Shown here piece after piece: positions 39,201-52,095 of a stretch of 64,000 nucleotides of DNA. Position 1 is the stretch's first letter. Every line of letters begins with the position of its first letter. The stretch comes from Neoechinorhynchus agilis. Lineage: Eukaryota > Animalia > Acanthocephala. The stretch is from NCBI GenBank assembly GCA_051530055.1, contig CM121342.1, positions 12,043,480 through 12,107,479 on the forward strand, in the 5' to 3' direction. Below the pieces are notes generated by a model. That model was not told the DNA's origin, did no database searches, and saw nothing but the letters and a program-made list of their open reading frames with translations. The position numbers and the translations under genes were made by a program.

Positions 39201-40036
39201 TTGTTAGCGATTGAAATTTCGGGCGACTTCTCCCTTTTGTGCTATTTTATCCTTTAATTTGCTATGATGAAATGCGATCTTCGCGATGGTCTTCGGATTT
39301 ATTGACGAAAGTTTTTCTTGTGAGCATTCTTTAGAATTCTTTGAGATGAGATGATTAATTTCTCAAAAATCTAACTTTCGTTCTACTGAACGAATGATGA
39401 TATCGAGATTTCTGATCTTAATTTGTACTTGAATTCTTGGCGATTGAAATGTCGGGCGAATTCTCCTTTTTGTGCTTTTTTATCCTTTAATTTGCTATGA
39501 TGAAATGCGATCTTCGCGATGGTCTTCGGATTTATTGACGAAAGTTTTTCTTGTGAGCATTCTTTAGAATTCTTTGAGATGATGAATTTCTCAAAAATCT
39601 TACTTTCGTTCTACTGAACGAATGATGATATCGAGATTTCTGATCTTAATTTGTACTTGAATTCTTAGCGATTGAAATCTCGGGCAAATTCTCAATTTTG
39701 TGATATTTTATCCTTTAATTTGCTATGATTAAATGCGATCTTCGCGATGGTCTTCGGATTTATTGACCAAAGTTTTGCTTCTGAGCATTCTTTTAAATTC
39801 TTTACATGAGATGATGAATTTCTCAAAAATCTAACTTCCGTTCTACTGAACGAATGATGATGTCGAGATTTCTCATCTTAATTTGTACTGGAATTCTTAG
39901 CGATTGAAATCTCGGGCGAATTCTCTTTTTTTGTTATTTTATCCTTTAATTTGCTATGATGAAATGCGATCTTCGCGATGGTCTTCGGATTTATTGACGA
40001 AAGTTTTTCTTCTGAGCATTCTTTAGAATTCTTTAG

Positions 40037-40111
40037 ATGAGATGATGAATTTCTCAAAAATCTAACTTTCGTTCTACTGAACGAATGATGATATCGAGAT
40101 TTCTGATCTTA
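40037..40111 (+). ncRNA. SNORD59: Representative box C/D snoRNA-like unit (U59/snR54-type, 18S guide), repeated in most array units
   Basis: Box C ATGATGA 40042-48, guide tctaactttcgttct 40061-75, D' CTGA 40077-80, C' ATGATGA 40085-91, D CTGA 40103-06. The guide is complementary to the recalled 18S sequence AGAACGAAAGUUAGA. Confidence 0.7.
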
Positions 40112-40183
40112 ATTTGTACTTGAATTCTTGGCGATTGAAATGTCGGGCGAATTCTCTTTTTTGTGCTTTTTTATCCTTTAATT

Positions 40184-40250
40184 TGCTATGATGAAATGCG
40201 ATCTTCGCGATGGTCTTCGGATTTATTGACGAAAGTTTTGCTTCTGAGCA
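40184..40250 (+). ncRNA. Representative second C/D-like module of the array unit (target uncertain)
   Basis: tgc-t-ATGATGA (40188-94) ... CTGA (40244-47)-gca gives a 3-bp K-turn-compatible terminal stem. 60 nt from C to D. C'/D' boxes are not obvious. Confidence 0.4.
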
Positions 40251-43200
40251 TTCTTTAGAATTCTTGGAGATGAGATGATGAATTTCTCAAAAATCTAACT
40301 TTCGTTCTACTGAACGAATGATGATATCGAGATTTATGATCTTAATTTGTACTTGAATTCTTAGCGATTGAAATCTCGGGCGAATTCTCCTTTTTGTGCT
40401 ATTTTATCCTTTAATTTGCTATGATGAAATGCGATCTTCGCGATGGTCTTCGGATTTATTGACGAAAGTTTTTCTTGTGAGAATTCTTTAGATGAGATGA
40501 TGAATTTCTCAAAAATCTAACTTTCGTTCTACTGAACGAATGATGATATCGAGATTTCTGATCTTAATTTGTACTAGAATTGTTAGCGATTAAAATCTCG
40601 GCGAATTCTCCGTTTTGTGATATTTTATCCTTTAATTTGCAGTGATGAAATGCGATCTTCGCGATGGTCTTCGGATTTATTGACGAAAGTTTTGCTTCTG
40701 AGCATTCTTTAGAATTCTTTAGATGAGATGATGAATTTCTCAAAAATCTAACTTTCGTTCTACTGAACGAATGATGATATCGAGATTTCTGATCTTAATT
40801 TGTACTTGAATTCTTGGCGATTGAAATGTCGGGCGAATTCTCCTTTTTGTGTTTTTTTATCCTTTAATTTGCTATGATGAAATGCGATCTTCGCGATGGT
40901 CTTCGGATTTATTGACGAAAGTTTTGCTTCTGAGCATTCTTTAGAATTCTTTAGATGAGATGATGAATTTCTCAAAAATCTAACTTTCGTTCTACTGAAC
41001 GAATGATGATATCGAGATTTCTGATCTTAATTTGTACTTGAATTCTTAGCGATTGAAATCTCGGGCGAATTCTCTTTTTTGTGCTATTTTATCCTTTAAT
41101 TTGCTATGATGAAATGCGATCTTCGCGATGGTCTTCGGATTTATTGACGAAAGTTTTGCTTCTGAGCATTCTTTAGAATTCTTTGAGATGAGATGATGAA
41201 TTTCTCAAAAATCTAACTTTCGTTCTACTGAACGAATGATGATATCGAGATTTATGATCTTAATTTGTACTTGAATTCTTAGCGATTGAAATCTCGGGCG
41301 AATTCTCTTTTTTGTATTTTATCCTTTAATTTGCAATGATGAAATGCGATCTTCGCGATGGTTCGGATTAATTGACGAACGATTTTCTTGTGAGAATTCT
41401 TTAGATGAGATGATGAATTTCTCAAAAATCAAACTTCATTCTACTGAACGAATGAAGATATCGAGATTTCTGATCTTAATTTTTACTAGAGTTGTTAGCG
41501 ATTAAAATCTCGGCGAATTCTCCCTTTTGTGATAATTTATCCTTTAATTTGCAGTGATGAAATGCGATCTTCGCGATGGTCTTCGGATTTATTGACGAAA
41601 GTTTTGCTTCTGAGCATTCTTTAGAATTCTTGGGATGAGATGATGAATTTCTCAAAAATCTAACTTTCGTTCTAGTGAACGAATGATGATATCGAGATTT
41701 CTGATCTTAATTTGTACTTGAATTCTTGGCGATTGAAATGTCGTGCGAATTCTCCTTTTTGTGCTTTTTTATCCTTTAATTTGCTATGATGAAATGCGAT
41801 CTTCGCGATGGTCTTCGGATTTATTGACGAAAGTTTTTCTTGTGAGCATTCTTTAGAATTCTTTGAGATGAGATGATGAATTTCTCAAAAATCTAACTTT
41901 CGATCTAGTGAACGATTGATAATATCGAGATTTATGATCTTAATTTGTACTTGAATTCTTGGCGATTGAAATGTCGTGCGAATTCTCCTTTTTGTGCTTT
42001 TTTATCCTTTAATTTGCTATGATGAAATGCGATCTTCGCGATGGTCTTCGGATTTATTGACGAAAGTTTTTCTTGTGAGCATTCTTTAGAATTCTTTGAG
42101 ATGAGATGATGAATTTCTCAAAAATCTTACTTTCGTTCTACTGAACGTATGATGATATCGAGATTTATGATGGTAATTTGTACTGGAATTCTTAGCGATT
42201 GAAATCTCTAGCGAATTCTCTTTTTTTTGCTATTTTATCCTTTAATTTGCTATGATGAAATGCGATCTTCGCGATGGTCTTCGGATTTACTGACGAAAGT
42301 TTTGCTTCTGAGCATTCTTTAGAATTCTTTAGATGAGATGATGAATTTCTCAAAAATCTAACTTTCGTTCTACTGAACGAATGATGATATCGAGATTTCT
42401 GATCTTAATTTGTACTTGAATTCTTGGCGATTGAAATGTCGAGCGAATTCTCCTTTTTTGTTTTTTTATCCTTTAATTTGCTATGATGAAATGCGATCTT
42501 CGCGATGGTCTTCGGATTTATTGACGGTGCTTTTTTATCCTTTAATTTGCTATGATGAAATGCGATCTTCGCGATGGTCTTCGGATTTATTGACGAAAGT
42601 TTTTCTTGTGAGCATTCTTTAGAATTCTTTAGATGAGATGATGAATTTCTCAAAAATCTAACTTTCGTTCTACTGAACGAATGATGATATCGAGATTTCT
42701 GATCTTAATTTGTACTAGAATTCTTAGCGATTGAAATTTCGGGCGAATTCTCCCTTTTGTGCTATTTTATCCTTTAATTTGCTATGATGAAATGCGATCT
42801 TCGCGATGGTCTTCGGATTTATTGACGAAAGTTTTGCTTCTGAGCATTCTTTAGAATTCTTTAGATGAGATGATGAATTTCTCAAAAATCTAACTTTCGT
42901 TCTACTGAACGAATGATGATATCGAGATTTATGATCTTAATTTGTACTTGAATTCTTGGCGATTGAAATGTCGTGCGAATTCTTCTTTTTGTGCTTTTTT
43001 ATCCTTTAATTTGCTATGATGAAATGCGATCTTCGCGATGGTCTTCGGATTTATTGACGAAAGTTTTTCTTGTTAGCATTCTTTAGAATTCTTTGAGATG
43101 AGATGATTAATTTCTCAAAAATCTTACTTTCGTTCTACTGAACGAATGATGATATCGAGATTTCTGATCTTAATTTGTACTTGAATTCTTGGCGATTGAA

Positions 43201-46200
43201 ATGTCGGGCGAATTCTCCTTTTTGTGTTTTTTTATCCTTTAATTTGCTATGATGAAATGCGATCTTCGCGATGGTCTTCGGATTTATTGACGAAAGTTTT
43301 TCTTGTGAGCATTCTTTCGAATTCTTTGGGATGAGATGATGAATTTCTCAAAAATCTAACTTTCGATCTAGTGAACGATTGATAATATCGAGATTTATGA
43401 TCTTAATTTGTACTTGAATTCTTAGCGATTGAAATCTCGGGCGAATTCTCTATTTTGTGATATTTTATCCTTTAATTTGCAGTGATGAAATGCGATCTTC
43501 GCGATGGTCTTCGGATTAATTGACGAACGATTTTCTTGTGAGAATTCTTTAGATGAGATGATGAATTTCTCAAAAATCAAACTTTCATTCTACAGAACGA
43601 ATGAAGATATCGAGATTTCTGATCTTAATTTTTAGTAGAGTTGTTAGCGATTAAAATCTCGGCGAATTCTCCCTTTTGTGATAATTTATCCTTTAATTTG
43701 CATGATGAAATGCGATCTTCGCGATGGTATTCGAATTTATTGACGAAAGTTTTGCTTCTGAGCATTCTTTAGAATTCTTTGGGATGAGATGATGAATTTC
43801 TCAAAAATCTAACTTTCTATCTAGTGAACGATTGATAATATCGAGATTTATGATCTTAATTTGTACTTGAATTCTTAGCGATTGAAATCTCGGGCGAATT
43901 CTCTATTTTGTGATATTTTATCCTTTAATTTGCTGTGATTAAATGCGATCTTCGCGATGGTCTTCGGATTTATTGACCAAAGTTTTGCTTCTGAGCATTC
44001 CTTAAAATTCTTTAGATGAAATGATGAATTTCTCAAAAATCTAACTTCCGTTCCACTGAACGAATGATGATGTCGAGATTTCTAATCTTAATTTGTACTG
44101 GAATTCTTAGCGGTTGAAATCTCGGGCGAATTCTCTTTTTTTTCTATTTTATCCTTCAATTTGCTATGATTAAATGCGATCTTCGCGATGGTCTTCGGAT
44201 TTATTGACGAAAGTTTTTCTTGTGAGCATTCTTTAGAATTCTTTGAGATGATGAATTTCTCAAAAATCTTACTTTCGTTCTACTGAACGAATGATTATAT
44301 CGAGATTTCTGATCTTCATTTGTACTTGAATTCTTAGCGATTGAAATCTCGGGCAAATTCTCTATTTTTTGATATTTTATCCTTTAATTTGCAGTGATGA
44401 AATGCGATCTTCGCGATGGTCTTCGGATTTATTGACGAAAGTTTTGCTTCTGAGCATTCTTTAGAATTCTTTAGATGAGATGATGAATTTCTCAAAAATC
44501 TAACTTTCGTTCTACTGAACGAATGATGATATCGAGATTTCTGATCTTAATTTGTACTTGAATTCTTGGCGATTGAAATGTCGGGCGAATTCTCCTTTTT
44601 GTGTTTTTTTATCCTTTAATTTGCTATGATGAAATGCGATCTTCGCGATGGTCTTCGGATTTATTGACGAAAGTTTTGCTTCTGAGCATTCTTTGGAATT
44701 CTTTAGATGAGATGATGAATTTCTCAAAAATCTAACTTTCGTTCTACTGAACGAATGATGATATCGAGATTTCTGATCTTAATTTGTACTTGAATTCTTG
44801 GCGATTGAAATGTCGGGCGAATTCTCCTTTTTGTGTTTTTATATCCTTTAATTTGCTATGATGAAATGCGATCTTCGCGATGGTCTTCGGATTTATTGAC
44901 GAAAGTTTTGCTTCTGAGCATTCTTTAGAATTCTTGGAGATGAGATGATGAATTTCTCAAAAATCTTACTTTCGTTCTACTGAACGTATGATGATATCGA
45001 GATTTATGATGGTAATTTGTACTGGAATTCTTAGCGATTGAAATCTCTAGCGAATTCTCTTTTTTTGCTATTTTATCCTTTAATTTGCTATGATGAAATG
45101 CGATCTTCGCGATGGTCTTCGGATTTATTGACGAAAGTTTTGCTTCTGAGCATTCTTTAGAATTCTTTGAGATGAGATGATGAATTTCTCAAAAATCTTA
45201 CTTTCGTTCTACTGAACGAATGATGATATCGAGATTTATGATCTTAATTTGTACTTGAATTCTTAGCGATTGAAATCTCGGGCGAATTCTCTATTTTGTG
45301 ATATTTTATCCTTTAATTTGCAGTGATGAAATGCGATCTTCGCGATGGTCTTCGGATTAATTGACGAACGATTTTCTTGTGAGAATTCTTTAGATGAGAT
45401 GATGAATTTCTCAAAAATCAAACTTTCATTCTACAGAACGAATGAAGATATCGAGATTTCTGATCTTAATTTTTAGTAGAGTTGTTAGCGATTAAATTCT
45501 CGGGTTAATTCTCCCTTTTGTGATATTTTATCCTTTAATTTGCAGTGATGAAATGCGATCTTCGCGATGGTCTTCGGATTTATTGACGAAAGTTTTGCTT
45601 CTGAGCATTCTTTAGAATTCTTGGAGATGAGATGAGTAATTTCTCAAAAATCTAACTTTCGTTCTAGTGAACGATTGATAATATCGAGATTTCTGATCTT
45701 AATTTGTACTTGAATTCTTGGCGATTGAAATGTCGTGCGAATTCTCCTTTTTGTGCCTTTTTATCCTTTAATATGCTATGATGAAATGCGATCTTCGCGA
45801 TGGTCTTCGGATTTATTGACGAAAGTTTTTCTTGTGAGCATTCTTTAGAATTCTTTGGGATGAGATGATGAATTTCTCAAAAATCTAACTTTCGATCTAG
45901 TGAACGATTGATAATATCGAGATTTATGATCTTAATTTGTACTTGAATTCTTGGCGATTGAAATGTCGTGCGAATTCTCCTTTTTGTGCTTTTTTATCCT
46001 TTAATTTGCTATGATGAAATGCGATCTTCGCGATGGTCTTCGGATTTATTGACGAAAGTTTTTCTTGTGAGCATTCTTTAGAATTCTTTGAGATGAGATG
46101 ATGAATTTCTTAAAAATCTTACTTTCGTTCTACTGAACGTATGATTATATCGAGATTTCTGATCTTCATTTGTACTTGAATTCTTAGCGATTGAAATCTC

Positions 46201-49200
46201 GGGCAAATTCTCTATTTTGTGATATTTTATCCTTTAATTTGCTGTGATTAAATTCGATCTTCGCGATGGTCTTCGGATTTATTGACCAAAGTTTTGCTTC
46301 TGAGCATTCCTTGAAATTCTTTACATGAGATGATGAATTTCTCAAAAATCTAACTTCCGTTCCACTGAACGAATGATGATGTCGAGATTTCTAATCTTAA
46401 TTTGTACTGGAATTCTTAGCGGTTGAAATCTCGGGCGAATTCTCTTTTTTTGCTATTTTATCCTTCAATTTGCTATGATGAAATGCGATCTTCGCGATGG
46501 TCTTCGGATTTATTGACGAAAGTTTTGCTTCTGAGCATTCTTTAGAATTCTTTAGATGATATGATGAATTTCTCAAAAATCTAACTTTCGTTCTACTGAA
46601 CGAATGATGATATCGAGATTTCTGATCTTAATTTTTAATAGAGTTGTTAGCGATTGAAGTTTCGGGCGACTTCTAACTTTTGTGCTATTTTATCCTTTAA
46701 TCTGGTATGATTAAATGCGATCTTCGCGATGGTCTTCGTATTTATTGACGAACGATTTTCTTGTGAGCATTCTTTAGAATTCTTTGAGGTGCGATGATGA
46801 ATTTCTCAAAAATCTAACTTTCGTTCTACTGAACGAATGATGATATCGAGATTTCTGATGTTAATTTGTACTTGAATTCTTAGCGATTGAAATCTCGGGC
46901 TAATTCTCCTTTTTGTGATATTTTATCCTTTAATTTGCAGTGATGAAATGCGATCTTCGCGATGGTCTTCGGATTTATTGACGAAAGTTTTGCTTCTGAG
47001 CATTCTTTAGAATTCTTGGAGATGAGATGAGTAATTTCTCAAAAATCTAACTTTCGTTCTAGTGAACGAATGATGATATCGAGATTTCTGATCTTAATTT
47101 GTACTTGAATTCTTGGCGATTGAAATGTCGGGCGAATTCTTCTTTTTGTGTTTTTTTATCCTTTAATTTGCTATGATGAAATGCGATCTTCGCGATGGTC
47201 TTCGGATTTATTGACGAAAGTTTTTCTTGTGAGCATTCTTTAGAATTCTTTGAGATGAGATGATGAATTTCTCAAAAATCTAACTTTCGTTCTACTGAAC
47301 GAATGATGATATCGAGATTTCTGATCTTAATTTGTACTTGAATTCTTGGCGATTGAAATGTCGGGCGAATTCTCCTTTTTGTGCTTTTTTATCCTTTAAT
47401 TTGCTATGATGAAATGCGATCTTCGCGATGGTCTTCGTATTTATTGACGAACGATTTTCTTGTGAGCATTCTTTAGAATTCTTTGAGGTGCGATGATGAA
47501 TTTCTCAAAAATCTAACTTTCGTTCTACTGAACGAATGATGATATCGAGATTTCTGATGTTAATTTGTACTCGAATTCTTAGCGATTGAAATCTCTAGCG
47601 AATTCTCTTTTTTTGCTATTTTATCCTTTAATTTGCTATGATGAAATGCGATCTTCGCGATGGTCTTCGGATTTACTGACGAAAGTTTTTCTTCTGAGCA
47701 TTCTTTAGAATTCTTTGAGATGAGATGATTAATTTCTCAAAAATCTTACTTTCGTTCTAGTGAACGAATTATGATATCGAGATTTCTGATCCTAATTTTT
47801 AATTGAATAGTTAGCGATTGAAATTTTTCGGGCGAATTCTCCTTTTTTGCTATTTTATCCTTTAATCTGGTATGATTAAATGCGATCTTCGCGATGGTCT
47901 TCGTATTTCTTGACGAACGATTTTCTTGTGAGCATTCTTTAGAATTCTTTGAGGTGAGATGATGAATTTCTCTAAAAATCTAACTTTCGTTCTACGTAAC
48001 GAATGGCGATTTCGATATTTCTGATCCTAATTTGTACTTGAATTGTTAGCGATTGAAATCTCGACCTTATTCTCCGTTTTGTGCTGTGAGATCCTATAAT
48101 TTGCTTTGATGAAATGCGATCTTCGCGATGGTCTTCGGATTTATTGATGAAAGTTTTGCTTGTGAGCATTCCTTAGAATTCTTTGAGATCAGATGATGAT
48201 ATCGAGATTTCTGATCCTAATTTGTACTTGAATTGTTAGCGATTGAAGTCTCGACCTAATTCTCCGTTTTGTGCTGTGAGATCCTATAATTTGCTTTGAT
48301 GAAATGCGATCTTCGCGATGGTCTTCGGATTTATTGAAGATAGTTTTTCTTCTGAGCATACTTTAGAATTCCTTGAGATGAGATGATGAATTTCTCAAAA
48401 ATCTTACTTTCGTTCTAGTGAACGAATGGTAATATCGAGATTTCATATCCTAATCTGCACTTGAATTGTTAGCGATTGAAATCTCGGCGAATTCTCCCTT
48501 TTGTGATAATTTATCCTTTAATTTGCTTTGATGAAATGCGATCTTCGCGATGGTCTTCGGATTTATTGAAGATAGTTTTGCTTCTGAGCATACTTTAGAA
48601 TTCCTTGAGATGAGATGATGAATTTCTCAAAAATCTAACTTTCGATCTAGTGAACGATTGATAATATCGAGATTTCTGATCTTAATTTGTACTTGAATTC
48701 TTGGCGATTGAAATGTCGTGCGAATTCTCCTTTTTGTGCCTTTTTATCCTTTAATATGCTATGATCAAATGCGATCTTCGCGATGGTCTTCGAATTTATT
48801 GACGAGCGATTTTCTTGTTAGCATTCTTTTGAATTCTTTGAGGTGAGAGGATGTATTTCTCGAAAATCTAACTGTCGTTCTAGTGAACGAATGATGATAT
48901 CGAGATTTCGGTTCTTAATTTGTAATTGAATTCTTAGCGATTGAAATCTCGTGCGAATTCTCCCTTTTGTGATATTTTATCCTTTAATTTACTATGATGA
49001 AATGCGATCTTCGCGATGGTCTTCGGATTTATCGACGTAATTTTTTCTTATGTGCATTTTTTAGAATTCTAAAGTTTCAAAAATTGAATGATACGACTTT
49101 TTTTATTATTAAAATTTCTCTCATTTTGCTTATTTTGTTGTCGGCTGGTATCTTTGGTGTGAGATGGTTGTGATAATATTTTTTGCCTTGTCAAATGGAA

Positions 49201-49360
49201 TGTTTATGTTGTATGGTAACATTTTCGAGTGTGCAAATCGCATTGATCTTACGTCACTCTAATTTGATGCTGATCTTCGTTTTTTCCAAAACAATTCTTT
49301 AAATGTTTTATTCGTTTGAAATCGACAACGCTAACTGTCGTTTGTTCCATTTCCGACCTG

Positions 49361-50860
49361 TTAGGCGGCTGTTGTCTGTCCTGCTGCTGTACTGCTTCCG
49401 CTTTGACTAGCAAAAGCGATTTCGAGTTCCGACATTTCCTTGATTAGTCTTGTTTGGAGCATCATTTTGGTTAGTGTCATCTCTGAAACGGCTTTGCTGG
49501 TGAACCAAATCGGTGATTCTGGCATAACGGACTTTTCGGGTTCTAAATAGATGCAATGTTCGGAATGCCGTAAAGATACTGGGCACTTGGAGATGTAGAA
49601 TTCGAAAATGCGGCATGCGCAATGCATGGCAAAGGATCGGTCTTCTATTTGTTCAAAGATAAGATCCGGGTCGCGCGTTGGATAATAGCGAATGAACCGC
49701 TGCCTGCTCACTTCCTTATAGTGCTGATTTTCATTATGACTGCTTTCACTTTCATTTAATTTTTGATCCTCGCTATCGATTGGTACGACCCATCGTTTTA
49801 CATGACGGCGGACATTAGCGAAAGTGAGGTCGTAGTGATCCTGAATGTTAAGAATAAGAAAGCATTTGATGTTAATGTAAAACAAAGTATTCAGTAATGT
49901 TCTGGGTGAATGAGCGCCAAGCATATACGATTTCCATAAGATTTCTTCATTAATACGAGAATATACTCGATTGTCTCGAGGATCGATTTGAACAGTGCAA
50001 TGTTGGATTCGATCAAAAACGAATTGTGAAAAAGCGTTGAATTCAGGATCGTACAGGATGTCTTCCTCCCTTCCGATCGATCTCAGAAAATAGTGAACAC
50101 TAACAGATACGAAATAGAGAACTTCTGGGGAGCACAGTGTTCCGTCGGATTTTTTCAGTTGGATAGCGAATCTAAGCAAAGATTTACTTAGCTGTTCAAC
50201 ACTGAACTCAGGGAATGTTTTTGGAATAGACGGATCCTTACGGCGGTAGGTTTGTACAAAACTCTGAAACAGCTGAGCGCCCAGTGTTAAGTTGTGCTCT
50301 TTATCGGTCGAAATGAAAAATTCGTCGACCGAAGGAGGCATTTCTAACTGGTTTGGTAACCGTCGAGTTTCTACTGTACATTGTTCTTCTTTTTCTATTT
50401 CACTAAAGTGCTCACTTTGCTCTTCAGTTGGTTCATTTTTCACCGATCGATCGATTAGTTCTTTAAATCTTTTTTCTCCAACAGGTAGAAAGACCGGAAT
50501 CGGCAATGGAATCGGCAAAGGGATTGGACGCGGTGTAAAGTATCGAAACATGCACATTGGAATGGGGACCGGAATACCAACGGGAAACGGAATAAATCCA
50601 CCAATTCCATTGGACGTCTGAGTTCCCGTTTGACGAATATCAGGTTTATTCCATGAATGATCGATTTGGAGATCAATTGATCAATCACGATTACATGAAA
50701 CATATCGACTCGAATGGCATGCAGACGTGTTCGTCTTCACATTACGACGAACTGCCAATTCAATGTGGCTACTTGAATGTATTGATACCGGCACATTCAT
50801 ATCAGGATTGTTCGCTCTGTCAGCCTCCAGACTTACCTTCTCCTGCTTTATTTCAGCCAT
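49361..50860 (-). CDS. ZMYM/QRICH1/WOC-type DUF3504 domain protein
   Basis: Pro-rich PVGIPVPIPM...PIPLPIPVFLP, then LSKSLLRFAIQLKKSDG...CSPEVLYFV, EEILWKSYMLGAHSPRTLLNTLFYIN, CACRIFEFYISKCP...YLEPEKSVMPESPIWFT. The 5' exon (ATG 50860) and a ~100-nt intron are tentative. Confidence 0.8.
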
Positions 50861-52095
50861 TTAAAAGTGATGCTCCAAATAGAATTTTTAGCCGGAACAT
50901 GACCGTATATGTCAACAATTCTTCTCGATTTATGACATCATCATTTTCATCTCTACCACACCTGTCTCAACTTTCCTTTTAGGCACGTCCCAGCTAATAT
51001 CATATCTTTTAGATCTGTCAGTTTTCAAACTAAGGAGTCTGCATTAAGAGTGTTCTAGAATGTGATCAGGGTACAGTAGATGCCCGGATGTGTCAGAACT
51101 CTTGTTCATACTTTCCATCTGAATACATTCCCCACTTGATAGCCAAGCAACGAGGAGCCGATGAACAACTACGTACAGTGAGACCGTTCATTCCATAGCT
51201 TGGTCGAATCACATAATAAAAACACGTTTATTTCTTATGCGGTTGTTGATTTTGGAGTAAATTACGGGCCCGGTCGAGTTGGAAAGTCCGTTCTGGTGGG
51301 AACTGGTAGTAATTGTTTCCTGAGCGCTTGAAAAGTTGGTCTTTCTTTAGGTTCATTTCAAGTTCTGATATCCGAGAAGATTGGGCAGCATGGAAAAAGG
51401 AGTGTAGGTATAGGGAGGTTGTGTTAAGGATGAAAAAAATGGGAAGACTCGCCGACATACAAGAGAAAAGGCACGCCCGAACAAAGTTGCGTCCTCACCA
51501 AAGCCGACCACGAGGATATGGTGACCATTCGTCGTATAGAATCCATAGCCTAAAAAACACGTAATGAATGGAACCGGCTTGCCAGTAAGCATTAATGAAT
51601 ACTGATGTATCTTTTACTTTTGGAGTTTGTTAATATAAAACGCAATTATTAAGTTTAATCGAGCTAATAATTCTTAGATATTGTCGTTCGTTTGTTTTAC
51701 GATAATTGAATGTGACTTTCGTCTTTTAATTTTAACATTTTTTAAGATGTGCGCACAATTGAGATCTTTTATTCTCTTAAGTGGCCTAGCTGATAATCTC
51801 TGTGGTATAATTTAAAAAGGACCACATTTTCCTCATTTTTAAAAGTTCTGAGTATGTGTTACTTTTTGTTTTCAAGTCAAATCCAATCGAAAAGTTCTCT
51901 CTGAGATTTCAAACAAATTACTTAATTTTTAATGTTCTTAAGTCGATGTTAAATTATGTACCCACCCTCTCATAAACATTTTCAGTACGAAAATATCCTC
52001 TCTTACAAAGAAGTTGAATCATTTTTCATACGAGCCTTATATCATGATGAGTAATCTATTCTGAAGCTTATAAGATCTTTTTTTGTTAATGTTAG

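Larger units (their letters stand above)
30500..49071 (+). repeat. Tandem array of ~80 units of ~228-233 bp, each with two box C/D-like modules
   Basis: The marker gcgatcttcgcgatgg recurs at 39274, 39507, 39735, 39966 and 40198. Edge units are more diverged. Confidence 0.97.

Noticed and set aside
40193-40202. gaaatgcgat in the monomer matches 5.8S rRNA in the sense orientation
   Set aside because: Only ~10 nt and same-sense; expected by chance.
40208-40221. gatggtcttcgga partly complements 18S UUCGAAGACGAUC, just downstream of the U59 target
   Set aside because: It needs a mismatch plus a wobble and has no clear adjacent D/D' box. Too weak to call, though worth including in a snoscan run.
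30500-49071. CRISPR array or coding repeat (several 65-111-aa minus-strand ORFs starting MRNSSSH)
   Set aside because: No unique spacers and no cas genes in a eukaryotic context. The ORFs are chance open frames of the tandem monomer and are broken in most units.
51228-51592. Three overlapping 76-83-aa ORFs upstream of the ZMYM-like gene
   Set aside because: No motifs or splice sites linking them to the gene.
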